A stretch of 63,493 nt of DNA from an uncultured Actinomycetota bacterium (GTDB lineage Bacteria > Actinomycetota > Humimicrobiia > Humimicrobiales > Humimicrobiaceae). Position 1 is the first letter of the stretch, and each line of letters begins with the position of its first letter. Below are positions 40,762 through 51,292 of this stretch, in pieces. The DNA lies in assembly GCA_964561115.1 (NCBI GenBank), contig CAZLOE010000005.1, positions 1 to 63,493 of the forward strand. Direction: 5' to 3'. The notes under the pieces were generated by a model that did no database searches, was not told where the DNA came from, and was given only the letters and a program-made list of their open reading frames with translations. Made by a program: the position numbers and the translations under genes.

Positions 40762-42030
40762 CTATTCTGTGGTATAAACCGGAAAGTCTCCCGCAAGTTT
40801 TTTAACTTTTTTACTGATTTCTTTAAGTTTGGTATTATTTTCCCTGTTTTTAAGAGCTGACGTGATGAGCTCCCCGATTTTATGCATCTCGACTGTACCC
40901 ATTCCCTGAGTAGTGACGGCTGCTGTTCCTAATCTTATTCCACTGGTTATTATAGGTTTTAATTTATCAAAGGGGATCACGTTTTTATTGGTTATTATCC
41001 CGACAGAGCTTAATGTTTGCGAAGCATCCAAACCAGTCAGGTCCTTGTTTGTCAGATCTATAAGGAATAGATGATTGTCGGTCCCGCCTGATACGATCCT
41101 AAAGCCTTCGTTCTTCATATGATCACAGAGAGCTTTGCAGTTTTCAATAATACGCTTTCCATAATCTTTGAACGAATCCTGCAGGGCTTCCCTGAAAGCC
41201 ACTGCTTTCGCAGCTATTATGTGCATCAGAGGGCCTCCCTGTACCCCGGGAAAAACTGATTTGTTTATAAGTCTTGCATATTTCTTATCCGCAATGATAA
41301 GTCCGCCCCTTGGTCCTCTTAAAGTCTTATGGGTGGTGGCAGTGGTAAAGTCTGCTACATTAACAGAGCTGGGATGATGACCGCCTACAATAAGCCCCGC
41401 AATGTGTGCCGTGTCGGCCATCAGGTATGCACTTACTTCATCAGCTATTTCCCTGAATTTTTTAAATTCAATTATTCTTGAATAGGAGCTTGCTCCTGCA
41501 ATTATAAGTTTGGGTCTGACAGTTTTTGCTATTTCCCTTATGCTTTCATAATCCAGCATTTCTGTTTCTGGATCAATGTTATAAGTATGTATTTCATAGT
41601 ATCTTCCGCTTAAGTTCTGTTTATGTCCATGAGAAAGGTGGCCGCCGTCTTTTAGACTCATGCTTAGTATCCTGTCCCCGCAGTTTAAGATTCCCAGAAA
41701 AATTGCCATGTTGGCATTAACGCCGCTGTGGGGCTGAACATTACTGTAATTGGAGCCGAAGAGCTTGTTGGCCCTGTCTATAGCTAATTGTTCTATCTCA
41801 TCAATGTGCTTGCAGCCTTCATAATACCTGAATCCCGGATAACCTTCTGCGTACTTATTGGTGAACACAGACCCCATGGTCCTTAGGACTTCCTGCGAGG
41901 CAAAATTCTCAGAAGCTATCAGGATCAGCTGGTTCTTCTGACGTTCGAGTTCTTTTTTTATTATCTCTTTTACCTCTAAGTCTATATCTCTGCTCAGGGT
42001 GTGGTTTTCATGTTTTTTTGGTTCAGCCAT
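40762..42030 (-). CDS. glyA: Serine hydroxymethyltransferase
   Basis: LIASEN, NKYAEGYPG, GGHLSHG, TTHKTLRGPRGG; ATG at 42030 after GAAAGGAG. Confidence 0.97.
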   Translation of the reverse strand: MAEPKKHENHTLSRDIDLEVKEIIKKELERQKNQLILIASENFASQEVLRTMGSVFTNKYAEGYPGFRYYEGCKHIDEIEQLAIDRANKLFGSNYSNVQPHSGVNANMAIFLGILNCGDRILSMSLKDGGHLSHGHKQNLSGRYYEIHTYNIDPETEMLDYESIREIAKTVRPKLIIAGASSYSRIIEFKKFREIADEVSAYLMADTAHIAGLIVGGHHPSSVNVADFTTATTHKTLRGPRGGLIIADKKYARLINKSVFPGVQGGPLMHIIAAKAVAFREALQDSFKDYGKRIIENCKALCDHMKNEGFRIVSGGTDNHLFLIDLTNKDLTGLDASQTLSSVGIITNKNVIPFDKLKPIITSGIRLGTAAVTTQGMGTVEMHKIGELITSALKNRENNTKLKEISKKVKKLAGDFPVYTTE

Positions 42031-42484
42031 CACAGTTCTGGCTCCTTTCTTCAATATCCTTTATTTTTTTGATCCTTTTTAGATGGCGTTCCTCCATGCT
42101 TTCGGGAGTGTTCAAAAAGACCTTTACTATTTCAAGACATTCATCCAGTGTCAGGAGTCGTTTCCCCAGGGATAATACATTTGCATGATTGTGGCTGCGG
42201 GCAAGCATTGCAGTTTCCTTATTCCAGCAGACGGCAGATCTGATGCCTTTTATTTTATTGGCCACTATATCCATTCCGATTCCGCTTCCGCATAGAAATA
42301 TGGCCATATCGGCTTCCCCGCAGGCTACGATTTTTGAACCCTTTTCTGCAAAATCGGGGTAATCAGTGCTTTCACCACTGTCAGCCCCGATATCCTCGAC
42401 TGAGTGGCCCATAGATTTTACAAATCCTATTATTTTAGATTTATATTGGAATCCTGCATGATCCGAACCTACAACTATTTTCAT
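42023..42484 (-). CDS. rpiB: Ribose-5-phosphate isomerase B
   Basis: GSDHAG, DYPD, CGSGIG, ANKIKGIR, HNHANVL. Confidence 0.95.
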   Translation of the reverse strand: MKIVVGSDHAGFQYKSKIIGFVKSMGHSVEDIGADSGESTDYPDFAEKGSKIVACGEADMAIFLCGSGIGMDIVANKIKGIRSAVCWNKETAMLARSHNHANVLSLGKRLLTLDECLEIVKVFLNTPESMEERHLKRIKKIKDIEERSQNCDG

Positions 42485-42583
42485 AAGTCACCCTATCTTT
42501 ATAGAAACTGCCAGCGTCTACCCGGCATAATAAAACATGAAACTCTGTAATATTATATTCCAATTAACAGGATAATCAAAAGT

Positions 42584-43231
42584 TTATTGGAAATTATTAT
42601 TTAAAATTTCTTTAAATTTTACTGCACCCTCTCTTACCAGAAAAGGAACCCTGCCGGTTACGTCAATTATAGTTGATTCTTCTCCGGCAAGTGGAGAGGA
42701 ACATTCCACTATCAGGTCCACCTTTTTTATAATGGCATCAGGAATATCCTTTACTTTTTTAGGATAGCTTTTTACTCCTGAAATAGTGGCACTGGTAGAC
42801 ACGATGGGGCCGCAGATGCTTATTATATCTCTCAGGAATCCGGAACCCGCAAGCCTTAGGGCGATATTGGAGCTGCCGCAAGTTACAAAATTTTCGAGAG
42901 AACTGTTCCTTTTAAATATCAGGGTAAGAGGTCTTGGTTTTTTAATATCCCAGAATTTTTCTATTATCTTTTCTGCTGTCCGGTTTATACCGGAAGCAAG
43001 TTTTTTAAGGTCGTCTTTACCTGAGATCAATATTATAAGAGGTATATTTTTGTCTCTTTTTTTTATTTTGTATATTTTTTCAATAGAATTTTTGCTGTCA
43101 TATCTACAGCTTAAGCCGTAGATAGTGCTGGCAGGCAGAATTGCTATCTTGCCTTCTGATATTATTTTAGCAATTTTTTTTAAATCAGACTTGCCAGCTT
43201 TATCAGGATTATTAATCTTTATTGTGATCAT
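42584..43231 (-). CDS. tsaC: L-threonylcarbamoyladenylate synthase (YrdC domain)
   Basis: STIYGL, KIKKR, STSATISG, STIID. Confidence 0.85.
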   Translation of the reverse strand: MITIKINNPDKAGKSDLKKIAKIISEGKIAILPASTIYGLSCRYDSKNSIEKIYKIKKRDKNIPLIILISGKDDLKKLASGINRTAEKIIEKFWDIKKPRPLTLIFKRNSSLENFVTCGSSNIALRLAGSGFLRDIISICGPIVSTSATISGVKSYPKKVKDIPDAIIKKVDLIVECSSPLAGEESTIIDVTGRVPFLVREGAVKFKEILNNNFQ

Positions 43232-43427
43232 AGAAAAATAAAAAAGTTACTTGTTTTCAGTATATAATATTTTTTTTATTAAAGAAATCAAAGCAGGTCT
43301 GATTTTCTCTTTCTATATAAAATACTTGGCATTTTAATAAATAAGACTTACTATATTTTTTGTAGAGTATAATGTTCAAAAAAAGAATTGGATACTTAAT
43401 TTTGTAAATTAAAAATATACTAAAAAA

Positions 43428-43883
43428 ATGGTAATAACACGCCCGACCTGGGATGAATATTTTGCAGCAATTACCAGGCAGGTTGCAACAAGATCCACAT
43501 GTCTTAGAAGAAAAGTAGGAGCTATAATCGTAAAGGATAAAAGGATCCTTACGACCGGCTATAATGGAGCCCCTATGGGGGTAAGAAATTGCCTGGATAT
43601 TGGGACATGCCTTAGAGAAGAACTGGGAGTGCCTTCAGGTGAAAGGCAGGAGATCTGCCGGGGCCTGCATGCCGAGCAGAATGCTATTATTCAGGCTTCC
43701 TATCACGGAGTCCAGATAAAGGGTGCAGTGATTTACTGTACTAACCAGCCTTGCGTCTTATGTGCAAAAATGATAATAAACTGCGGGATCAGAAAGATAT
43801 ACTATTTTGAAGATTATCCTGATGAGCTTGCAATGGAGCTTCTTGTTGAAGCAGGAGTTGAATCAATAAGGCTTGATTTTTAG
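43428..43883 (+). CDS. dCMP deaminase (ComEB family)
   Basis: [19 protein letters not shown] Zn motifs. Confidence 0.93.
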   Translation: MVITRPTWDEYFAAITRQVATRSTCLRRKVGAIIVKDKRILTTGYNGAPMGVRNCLDIGTCLREELGVPSGERQEICRGLHAEQNAIIQASYHGVQIKGAVIYCTNQPCVLCAKMIINCGIRKIYYFEDYPDELAMELLVEAGVESIRLDF

Positions 43884-43993
43884 TTGGGAACTAACCCGGC
43901 AGGTGTCTGTTAACAAGACAGCTTTTGTTTTGTAATTCACCTTTATTTGTTATAATATCCTGTACTTTTTTAATAGAAGATTTTTTTTGTTTT

Positions 43994-45274
43994 ATGGATA
44001 AATTCATTATAAACGGCGGGAAGACCCTGTCCGGAAAAGTTAAAATAAGCGGGGCCAAGAATTCTGCATTGAAATTAATAGCTGCATCAATACTGGCTGA
44101 CGATAAGACCATACTTAGAAATATACCCAAGATTGAAGATGTCAATATTATGATAGAGGTGCTCAGAACACTCGGTGCCGGTGTAGATGTAGATCTGGAA
44201 AATAAGGCTATTGAGATAGACCCAGGGACTATTAACAGCTATGAAGCACCTTATGAGATAGTAAGAAAGATGAGGGCATCAATACTGGTTGCGGGACCGC
44301 TCTTGAGCAAATTCGGCAGGGTAAAGGTTGCTATCCCGGGCGGGTGTAATATTGGTTCAAGACAGATAGACCTCCATCTTAAGGGTTTTGAGGATATGGG
44401 GGCAAAGTATTCGGTAGAGCACGGTTATATTAACTGCATAGTTGACAGCGGTGATGACGGAATAAAACTTTCAGGTGCCGTAGTAACTCTGGATTTTCCT
44501 TCAAGAGGAGCCACAGAGAACATAATAATGGCGGGAAGTCTGGCCAGCGGAAAGACAGTAATAAACAACGCAGCCAGGGAACCTGAAATAGCGGACCTGG
44601 TAAATTTTTTAAATGCCATGGGAGCGGATATACAGGGTTCCGGAACGGGATGTATTGTAATTAAGGGAGTTAAAAAACTGAAAGGAACAGATTACGAGGT
44701 AATGCCCGACAGTATTGAAGCCGGCACTTTTATAACCGCAGCAGGCCTATGCGGTGATGGGGTTGAGATTGAAAATGCAAGACTGGAGAATCTTGAGACA
44801 TTTTATTCCAAGTTAAAAGAAATCGGGGTAAATATTTCAATTATTGATAAAAATAATATTAAGGTAGAGTCACCTAAAAAAATGTACCGGCCTATAAATG
44901 TAAGCACTCTTCCCTATCCTGGTTTTCCCACTGATCTGCAGCCTATAATCACTGTTCTTTTGTCAATTGTCCCCGGCGTTTCAATAGTTACTGAAAATGT
45001 ATTTGAAAACAGGTTTATGTATGTCGATGAATTAAACAGAATGGGAGCCAATATAAAAATTGACGGGCACCATGCCGTGATAAACGGAGTTGAAAAACTT
45101 TCCGGAGCACCGGTCACCTCATTTGATCTTCGTGCCGGAGCGGCTGTGGTACTTGCGGCACTTGCAGCAGAGGGGACTACTGAGGTGAGCAATATATATC
45201 ATATCCGGAGAGGCTATGAAGATTTTGAAGAAAAATTAAGCAGTCTTGGTGCAGATATTAAGAAAGTGAATTGA
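43994..45274 (+). CDS. murA: UDP-N-acetylglucosamine 1-carboxyvinyltransferase
   Basis: GAKNS, MRAS, PGGCNIG (active-site Cys retained), YPGFPTDLQ, DLRAG; ATG at 43994. Confidence 0.97.
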   Translation: MDKFIINGGKTLSGKVKISGAKNSALKLIAASILADDKTILRNIPKIEDVNIMIEVLRTLGAGVDVDLENKAIEIDPGTINSYEAPYEIVRKMRASILVAGPLLSKFGRVKVAIPGGCNIGSRQIDLHLKGFEDMGAKYSVEHGYINCIVDSGDDGIKLSGAVVTLDFPSRGATENIIMAGSLASGKTVINNAAREPEIADLVNFLNAMGADIQGSGTGCIVIKGVKKLKGTDYEVMPDSIEAGTFITAAGLCGDGVEIENARLENLETFYSKLKEIGVNISIIDKNNIKVESPKKMYRPINVSTLPYPGFPTDLQPIITVLLSIVPGVSIVTENVFENRFMYVDELNRMGANIKIDGHHAVINGVEKLSGAPVTSFDLRAGAAVVLAALAAEGTTEVSNIYHIRRGYEDFEEKLSSLGADIKKVN

Positions 45275-45316
45275 CATAAGGGTCAATCCAGCTTAAATGA
45301 GATTTTATGGTAAGGT

Positions 45317-47383
45317 TTGATATCTAAATCAGTAAGGATGAGAAAGAATATAAAAAAGCCAAAAAACAAGGTCAAAAAAAGCAGCAGTAGAAGAGGATTT
45401 AACAGATTACCTTTATACTTGAGAGTAATAATAATAGTCTTATCTTCTATAGTTGTTATCGGCGGTCTGGGCGCAGGCAGTATATTTCTTTATATTAATT
45501 CAATAAATAAGACTATAAATTCAATTAACACATCAGAAGTGGAAAACATACTTGCCCCCATTGAGTCTCCCCAGGAACCGGTTACAATCCTAATATTAGG
45601 ACTGGATACCAGAGATACCTTAAATGACAGGGGCAGGGCAGATATAATAATGATGCTTTACCTGGATCCCGAAGAAATAACCGGCAGCCTCCTTTCCATA
45701 CCCAGGGATACACTGGTAGATATACCTGGTCACGGGGAGGATAAAATCAATGCTGCATATGCATATGGCGGAGAAGAACTGATGATAAAGACCATAAATT
45801 CTTTTTTGGGAGCAGAAATAAACCATTACGTGACTATGGATTTTGAAGGATTTATACAACTGATAGATGCTCTCGGAGGTGTTGATATTAACATTGAAAG
45901 ACCTCTGGTCGATCCAAAAAGCGGCGCCAACTTTTCAGCCGGCAACCATCATCTGACCGGAGAGCAGGCTCTGTCATATACCAGAAGCAGGTCTACTGAA
46001 CTCGGTGACATTGGAAGAATACAGCGCCAGCAGCAGTTGTTCAAAGAGCTGTTAAAACAAAAATTGGATGTAAGATATTTATCCAGTGTTCCATATTATT
46101 TTAATATTTTGATGGATAATACCAGAACGGACCTGGATGTTTTGACTATCTTAAGCTATTCGAAAGCAATCCTTTCCTTCAGTTCGGAAAATTTTGAGAC
46201 TTCTATTATACCTTCCCGCTCGGATTGGATAAAAGAAGGTACCATAAGCGTTCAGATCCCGGATATTGAAGAAGCAAGAGCGATGTGGCAGAGAATTATA
46301 AATGGGGAACCTGCAAGCAGATATAATGCAGAATATGCAGAGGTTGATGAAATACCAGATTCTATGACTGTGGGAACTGAGTATAAGTTCAAGGTCAGGG
46401 TCAAAAATACTGGAAATTTGACCTGGAACATGAATGGAGTCAGCCCGGTCTATCTGGGTTATCACTGGATAGATTTTAACAGCAGGGAAGTAGCAGTCTT
46501 TGATGGTAAAAGAAGTATTATAAGCCAAGACGGCATAAATGTGGGAGAAGAAACAGTGTTCGATCTTGATGTCATATCTCCATCAGAACCGGGCGAATAT
46601 ATACTGCAGATCGATCTGGTCCATGAGGGCGTTACCTGGTTTTCTTTCCAGGGAGTACCGTCTCTGGAAAAATTTATAACTGTGGATATATCTTATTCTG
46701 CTCAATATGATGATGAAGGTTCTACACCGAATTCTTTAGAACCCGGCCAGGAATTTGAGGCACAGGTCACCGTAGGAAACAGCGGTTTTTTAAAGTGGAG
46801 CATTGAAGGCAAAAATAAGGTGCGCCTTGGGACTCACTGGATAAACAGAGATACGGGAGAGGTGGTCATCTGGGACGGTGACAGGGGGTTGCTTTCAGAA
46901 GATGTCACTCATGATGAAGAGACAGCTGTAGAAATAAATATGAAAGCACCTGACGCGCCCGGTAGATATATATTGCAATATGATATGGTATATGAAGGAG
47001 TTGCCTGGTTTTCCGAGAAGGGAGTGATCCCGCTGGAAGTAAATGTAGATGTCGGTAATGTCGTCGATAAGAGCGTAGCTGCACAGACACATGTTATGCT
47101 TTTGAACGGCAACGGCATAAGCGGGTCTGCATCTAAAGTAAGTGATTATTTGAAAGACCAGGGATTTAAAGTGCTGGGGCTTTATAATGCAGACAGTTAT
47201 AATTATAAAAAAACTGTAATATACTATAGCGAGGAAAATAAAAACAAGGCAGAGCAACTGACAATACTGTTTTCGAGTTATAAGATGGAAGAAATTCCGT
47301 CAGGTGTCTTTAAACAAGAATATAATAAAGATGCCGAGGTAGCCGTAATAGTAGGTAAGGATTATTTGAAGAACATTGAGTAA
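45317..47383 (+). CDS. LCP-family glycopolymer transferase with two Ig-like modules and a LytR_C-like domain
   Basis: TM; GRADII, SIPRDT, RSR, DIGRIQRQQ; two internal W-rich repeats; LLNGNGISGSA C-terminal domain. Confidence 0.88.
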   Translation: MISKSVRMRKNIKKPKNKVKKSSSRRGFNRLPLYLRVIIIVLSSIVVIGGLGAGSIFLYINSINKTINSINTSEVENILAPIESPQEPVTILILGLDTRDTLNDRGRADIIMMLYLDPEEITGSLLSIPRDTLVDIPGHGEDKINAAYAYGGEELMIKTINSFLGAEINHYVTMDFEGFIQLIDALGGVDINIERPLVDPKSGANFSAGNHHLTGEQALSYTRSRSTELGDIGRIQRQQQLFKELLKQKLDVRYLSSVPYYFNILMDNTRTDLDVLTILSYSKAILSFSSENFETSIIPSRSDWIKEGTISVQIPDIEEARAMWQRIINGEPASRYNAEYAEVDEIPDSMTVGTEYKFKVRVKNTGNLTWNMNGVSPVYLGYHWIDFNSREVAVFDGKRSIISQDGINVGEETVFDLDVISPSEPGEYILQIDLVHEGVTWFSFQGVPSLEKFITVDISYSAQYDDEGSTPNSLEPGQEFEAQVTVGNSGFLKWSIEGKNKVRLGTHWINRDTGEVVIWDGDRGLLSEDVTHDEETAVEINMKAPDAPGRYILQYDMVYEGVAWFSEKGVIPLEVNVDVGNVVDKSVAAQTHVMLLNGNGISGSASKVSDYLKDQGFKVLGLYNADSYNYKKTVIYYSEENKNKAEQLTILFSSYKMEEIPSGVFKQEYNKDAEVAVIVGKDYLKNIE

Positions 47384-47405
47384 GTAATAAAGTACCAGGA
47401 TAGCA

Positions 47406-49262
47406 ATGGATATAATAAAAATAAAGAATAACACAATACAGATACTATTTGATATAGTTATATTCTTTTCATCATTTACTATATCTTTTTTTTTAAGAGG
47501 GCAGCTGCAGCAGGGCCTCCTGCCGGAATATACCGATTATTTTATTGAATATATTCTGATAATAATTGCAGTAAAGCTTTTAAGCTTCATTTTGTTTGGC
47601 ATATACAGAAAAATCTGGAAATATGCCAGTCTTAGAGATTTTCTTACTATCGTGCTTTCACTGGCTTCAAGTTCTGCGGTTATGGTAGTGATTTTTTATA
47701 TAATAGAAGCACCGTATTTCCCAAGGAGTATACTTGTCATAGATTTCCTCCTTTCCATCATCCTGATCGTGGGCTCGAGATTTTCGGTAAGGATGTTTAA
47801 CGAGATAGAGTTCGGGAGGATCAATGTCCGTAAAAAAAGAACACTGATCGTAGGCGCCGGCGATGCCGGTGAGTTAATAGTAAGAGAAATAACGAGGCAG
47901 AGGGACAGCGAATATATTCCGGTGGGATTTTTAGATGATGATAAGGCAAAGATCGGGCGCCAGATTCATGGTATAAAAGTTTTCGGCAGAACTGATGAGA
48001 TCAAAAAGTATATTAATAAGCTGGCTGTTGATGAAATAATAATAGCAATCCCTTCGGCCAGCGGTTCAGTAAGGAAAAATATCACTTTTAAGGCAAAGGA
48101 AGCAGGTGTAATATGTAAGACCCTCCCGACTCTTTATGAGATAATAGATGGAAAAGCACATCTCTATCAATTAAGAGATATCCGCATAGAAGATATATTG
48201 GGAAGGAAGCCGGTAGAGATCAATTACAGCCAGCTTTTAGGGCAGCTTGAAGGAAAGCCCATTCTTATAACCGGTGCCGGAGGATCCATTGGATCTGAAC
48301 TCTGCAGACAGGTAATAAAATTTAAACCGTCAAGTCTGATCCTTGTAGATCATTCCGAAAATAACATTTTTCTTATAGAGCAGGAACTCTCTACAAAGCT
48401 TGATTACTATCATTCTGTCCCGATTGTTACAGATATAAGGGATATTACCAGTATCAAGGGTATATTTAAAAAATATAAACCTGAGATTGTATTTCATGCC
48501 GCTGCATATAAACATGTACCGCTTATGCAGTTAAACCCTGAAGCTGCACTCCGGAATAACTTTCTGGGTACCAAAGCTCTGGTAAAATTATCTGTTTCCA
48601 GCGGAGTTAAAAAGTTCGTGATGCTTTCTACGGACAAGGCGGTCAAACCAAGCAATATAATGGGAATATCAAAATTGCTTTCTGAAAAATACCTGCAGTT
48701 GCTGTCAAAGGTAAAGAGTACAAGTTTTATAATAGTAAGATTTGGAAATGTGCTCGGGAGCGAGGGTAGTGTGGTACCCATATTCCGCAAACAGATAGAG
48801 AACGGTGGCCCTGTGATCGTCACACATCCAAATATGACCAGATTTTTTATGACTATAACTGAAGCATCACAGCTGGTTATACAGGCGTGTGTGATGGGCA
48901 GTGGCGGAGAGATATATGTTCTTGATATGGGGAAACCCATAAGTATTTTGGAACTGGCTAAAAATATGATAAAACTTTATGGACTGGAGCCGGGAAAAGA
49001 TATAAAGATTAATTTTTCGGGGGTAAGAAGGGGAGAGAAGTTTGCAGAAGAATTAGCTGATAGTAATGAGAAACTCAAGCCTACAAAATTCTCTCCAATA
49101 TTCATGGCTGAAAATAAAAAAGAGCAGGATAAGGAAAAGATGTTAAATCTGTTGTTTAACATTGAAAAGGAGATCCAGCTCTTGGATTATAAAAATTTAT
49201 TTAAAGATCTTAAAAAGGTCGTCCCCAATTTTAATGAAAAGAAGATGTGGTCCAAGTTATAG
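47406..49262 (+). CDS. Membrane-bound nucleotide-sugar 4,6-dehydratase (PglF/CapD type)
   Basis: TM N-terminus, GAGDAG, TGAGGSIG, HAAAYKHVP, STDKAV, RFGNVLGS. Confidence 0.92.
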   Translation: MDIIKIKNNTIQILFDIVIFFSSFTISFFLRGQLQQGLLPEYTDYFIEYILIIIAVKLLSFILFGIYRKIWKYASLRDFLTIVLSLASSSAVMVVIFYIIEAPYFPRSILVIDFLLSIILIVGSRFSVRMFNEIEFGRINVRKKRTLIVGAGDAGELIVREITRQRDSEYIPVGFLDDDKAKIGRQIHGIKVFGRTDEIKKYINKLAVDEIIIAIPSASGSVRKNITFKAKEAGVICKTLPTLYEIIDGKAHLYQLRDIRIEDILGRKPVEINYSQLLGQLEGKPILITGAGGSIGSELCRQVIKFKPSSLILVDHSENNIFLIEQELSTKLDYYHSVPIVTDIRDITSIKGIFKKYKPEIVFHAAAYKHVPLMQLNPEAALRNNFLGTKALVKLSVSSGVKKFVMLSTDKAVKPSNIMGISKLLSEKYLQLLSKVKSTSFIIVRFGNVLGSEGSVVPIFRKQIENGGPVIVTHPNMTRFFMTITEASQLVIQACVMGSGGEIYVLDMGKPISILELAKNMIKLYGLEPGKDIKINFSGVRRGEKFAEELADSNEKLKPTKFSPIFMAENKKEQDKEKMLNLLFNIEKEIQLLDYKNLFKDLKKVVPNFNEKKMWSKL

Positions 49263-49289
49263 AAAAATGGCTGGCAGGTCTTTTAGTTT

Positions 49290-49862
49290 ATGATTTACAG
49301 GATTACAAAAAGATTTCTGGATATAATATTTTCAATTGTTTTAATAATACTTTTCATCCCTCTATGGGTGATCATTCCGGTTATGATAAAAATAGATTCT
49401 CCGGGTAGAGTAATATTTAAACAGAAGAGGGTGGGGCTGGGCAGCAGTTATTTTACCATTTACAAATTCAGAACTATGAAGGAGGGCACTCCTGATATAC
49501 CTACCGACAGGTTAAAAAACCAGAGTACGCTGAACACCAGAGTCGGGACATTCTTGAGAAGGTCAAGTATAGATGAGATCCCCCAGCTTATAAATATACT
49601 GAAGGGGGAATTGAGCTTTGTAGGTCCCAGGCCTGCATTGTATAATCAGGTCCTGCTTATAAAACTAAGGAAGGAAAAAGGCGTAGACAGCGCCAGGCCG
49701 GGAGTGACCGGACTTGCCCAGATAAGCGGGAGAGATGCGCTTTCGATACCTGAAAAGGTAAAATATGACCAGTTGTATATCAAGGATGCTTCACTTCTGT
49801 TTGATATAAAGATATTTATGGCTACGGTTAAAGCAGTGATCACCGGAAGGGGTGCCAATTAG
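49290..49862 (+). CDS. Monotopic phosphoglycosyl transferase (PglC/WcaJ C-terminal type)
   Basis: KRFLDI, YKFRTM, SIDEIPQLIN, GPRP, PGVTGLAQ. Confidence 0.92.
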   Translation: MIYRITKRFLDIIFSIVLIILFIPLWVIIPVMIKIDSPGRVIFKQKRVGLGSSYFTIYKFRTMKEGTPDIPTDRLKNQSTLNTRVGTFLRRSSIDEIPQLINILKGELSFVGPRPALYNQVLLIKLRKEKGVDSARPGVTGLAQISGRDALSIPEKVKYDQLYIKDASLLFDIKIFMATVKAVITGRGAN

Positions 49863-50749
49863 TTTTGGGCCTCCAGTTTTTTTATCAGTTTTTCTATGCC
49901 TTTTTCAAAACTCACTGGTGAGAAACCAAAATCTTCTCTGGCTTTCTGGTAGGAATATGCCTTATTCACCCCCATTCTTGCTATCTGATCGGCAGTCAAC
50001 AGTGGATTTCTTGAGACCCCGGCATATAAAGAAATCAATAATTTGGAAAGTCTTAGGGGGAGTTTTATTACTCTGAATCTCTTTTTTAATTTTTCTTTTA
50101 CGATTTCTAGCATGCAATTATATTTTAAGGGTTCTTTTCCTGCTATGTTATAGGTTTTTTTATAGGTCTTTTTATTATTGATGATGCTTGAAACAGAGCC
50201 GGCTACGTCTTCTATATATATAGGCTGGATAAGGTTATTCCCGCTTCCGAAAGTCATAAAAAAACCTTTATCTTTTATAAATTTTATCATTTTTGAGAAG
50301 TTAGGGTCATCTTCTGACCCATATATCATAGATGGCCTGAGGATTGTATAATCAAGTCCGGATTTTTTTATCAGGTTTTCAGATTTTATTTTTTGGCTTT
50401 TGATCCTGCTTTCAAGTGGGATCAAAACAGTAGTGGAGCTGATAAAAATGACCCTTTTGAGCCCTGCACGGGCTGCTGTTTTTAGAAATGTCTCAAGGAG
50501 ATATGTATGCTCCAGATCCATTATATATATCACGCTTTTAGCTTTTTTTATGGCGGTTATTATTGAATCACTGCTTTCAAGAGTCCCGGTGCTGAAATCA
50601 ATATTTTTACCTGTCGACTTTGCAATGCCCAAAAGAGCAGCCCTGCTGCTGGACGGCCGTACCAGGCAGTTTACCTTATAATTTTTTACCAGCAGTGCTT
50701 TTAAGACTTCCGGTCCTAAAAAACCTGTTGCTCCGATCAGTAAAACCAT
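49859..50749 (-). CDS. Atypical SDR, NAD(P)-binding (NDUFA9-like)
   Basis: GATGFLG, TILRPSMIYG, QPIYIEDVA; no canonical YxxxK. Confidence 0.8.
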   Translation of the reverse strand: MVLLIGATGFLGPEVLKALLVKNYKVNCLVRPSSSRAALLGIAKSTGKNIDFSTGTLESSDSIITAIKKAKSVIYIMDLEHTYLLETFLKTAARAGLKRVIFISSTTVLIPLESRIKSQKIKSENLIKKSGLDYTILRPSMIYGSEDDPNFSKMIKFIKDKGFFMTFGSGNNLIQPIYIEDVAGSVSSIINNKKTYKKTYNIAGKEPLKYNCMLEIVKEKLKKRFRVIKLPLRLSKLLISLYAGVSRNPLLTADQIARMGVNKAYSYQKAREDFGFSPVSFEKGIEKLIKKLEAQN

Positions 50750-50842
50750 CTTTACTCCTTAGACTGCACCATTTTTTTATGATTATCATATCGAGTAATA
50801 GTAAGTACTATAAAAGTTCGGTTATTATATATTTTAAAATTT

Positions 50843-51292
50843 TTATATCAGTATATCAAAACAGTCAAATCCTCTGGGAACTACAACCTCAAAATGCTTT
50901 CTATCCAAAGTAAGAATTTTATTTACCTTAAGCCGTTCAGCTATAGATATGATAGAAGCGTCTACATAACCGATGTTTAAAGTGTCATATTTTTTCAGTA
51001 TCTCTACGATCCTTATGATGTCTTCATCTTTTAGGATTTCCAGATGAAAACTTTTATTGACTTCTTGAAGTAGTTTTATTTCAAAGTAAGGTCCTAATCT
51101 TGTATTAATGAGATAACATAATTCTGGTATAACAGTTGAAGGCAGAAAATAATAAATTCTATCATTTTTTAGAAAAAAGTCTTTGACTAAGTTATGATTT
51201 ATATCGCCTTTATCAATCAATGAATATATCGCACTTGCATCTAAGATAATCTGCAATTTCTCATCCTCCTGTTTTTTATCAGCCTTTGCCAA
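50843..51292 (-). CDS. vapC: VapC PIN-domain toxin
   Basis: ILDAS, VIPEL, GYVDAS, TLDRKHF acidic tetrad. Confidence 0.9.
   Translation of the reverse strand: MAKADKKQEDEKLQIILDASAIYSLIDKGDINHNLVKDFFLKNDRIYYFLPSTVIPELCYLINTRLGPYFEIKLLQEVNKSFHLEILKDEDIIRIVEILKKYDTLNIGYVDASIISIAERLKVNKILTLDRKHFEVVVPRGFDCFDILI

Noticed and set aside
45270-45287. ATTGAC-N6-GTCAAT palindrome at the murA stop
   Set aside because: Single short occurrence; spacing does not fit FNR/CRP; may simply be the -35 box of the LCP gene
49859-50749. SDR as ceramide reductase CerR
   Set aside because: Atypical SDRs are common in glycan loci; it is not linked to the GNAT gene and no Spt is visible
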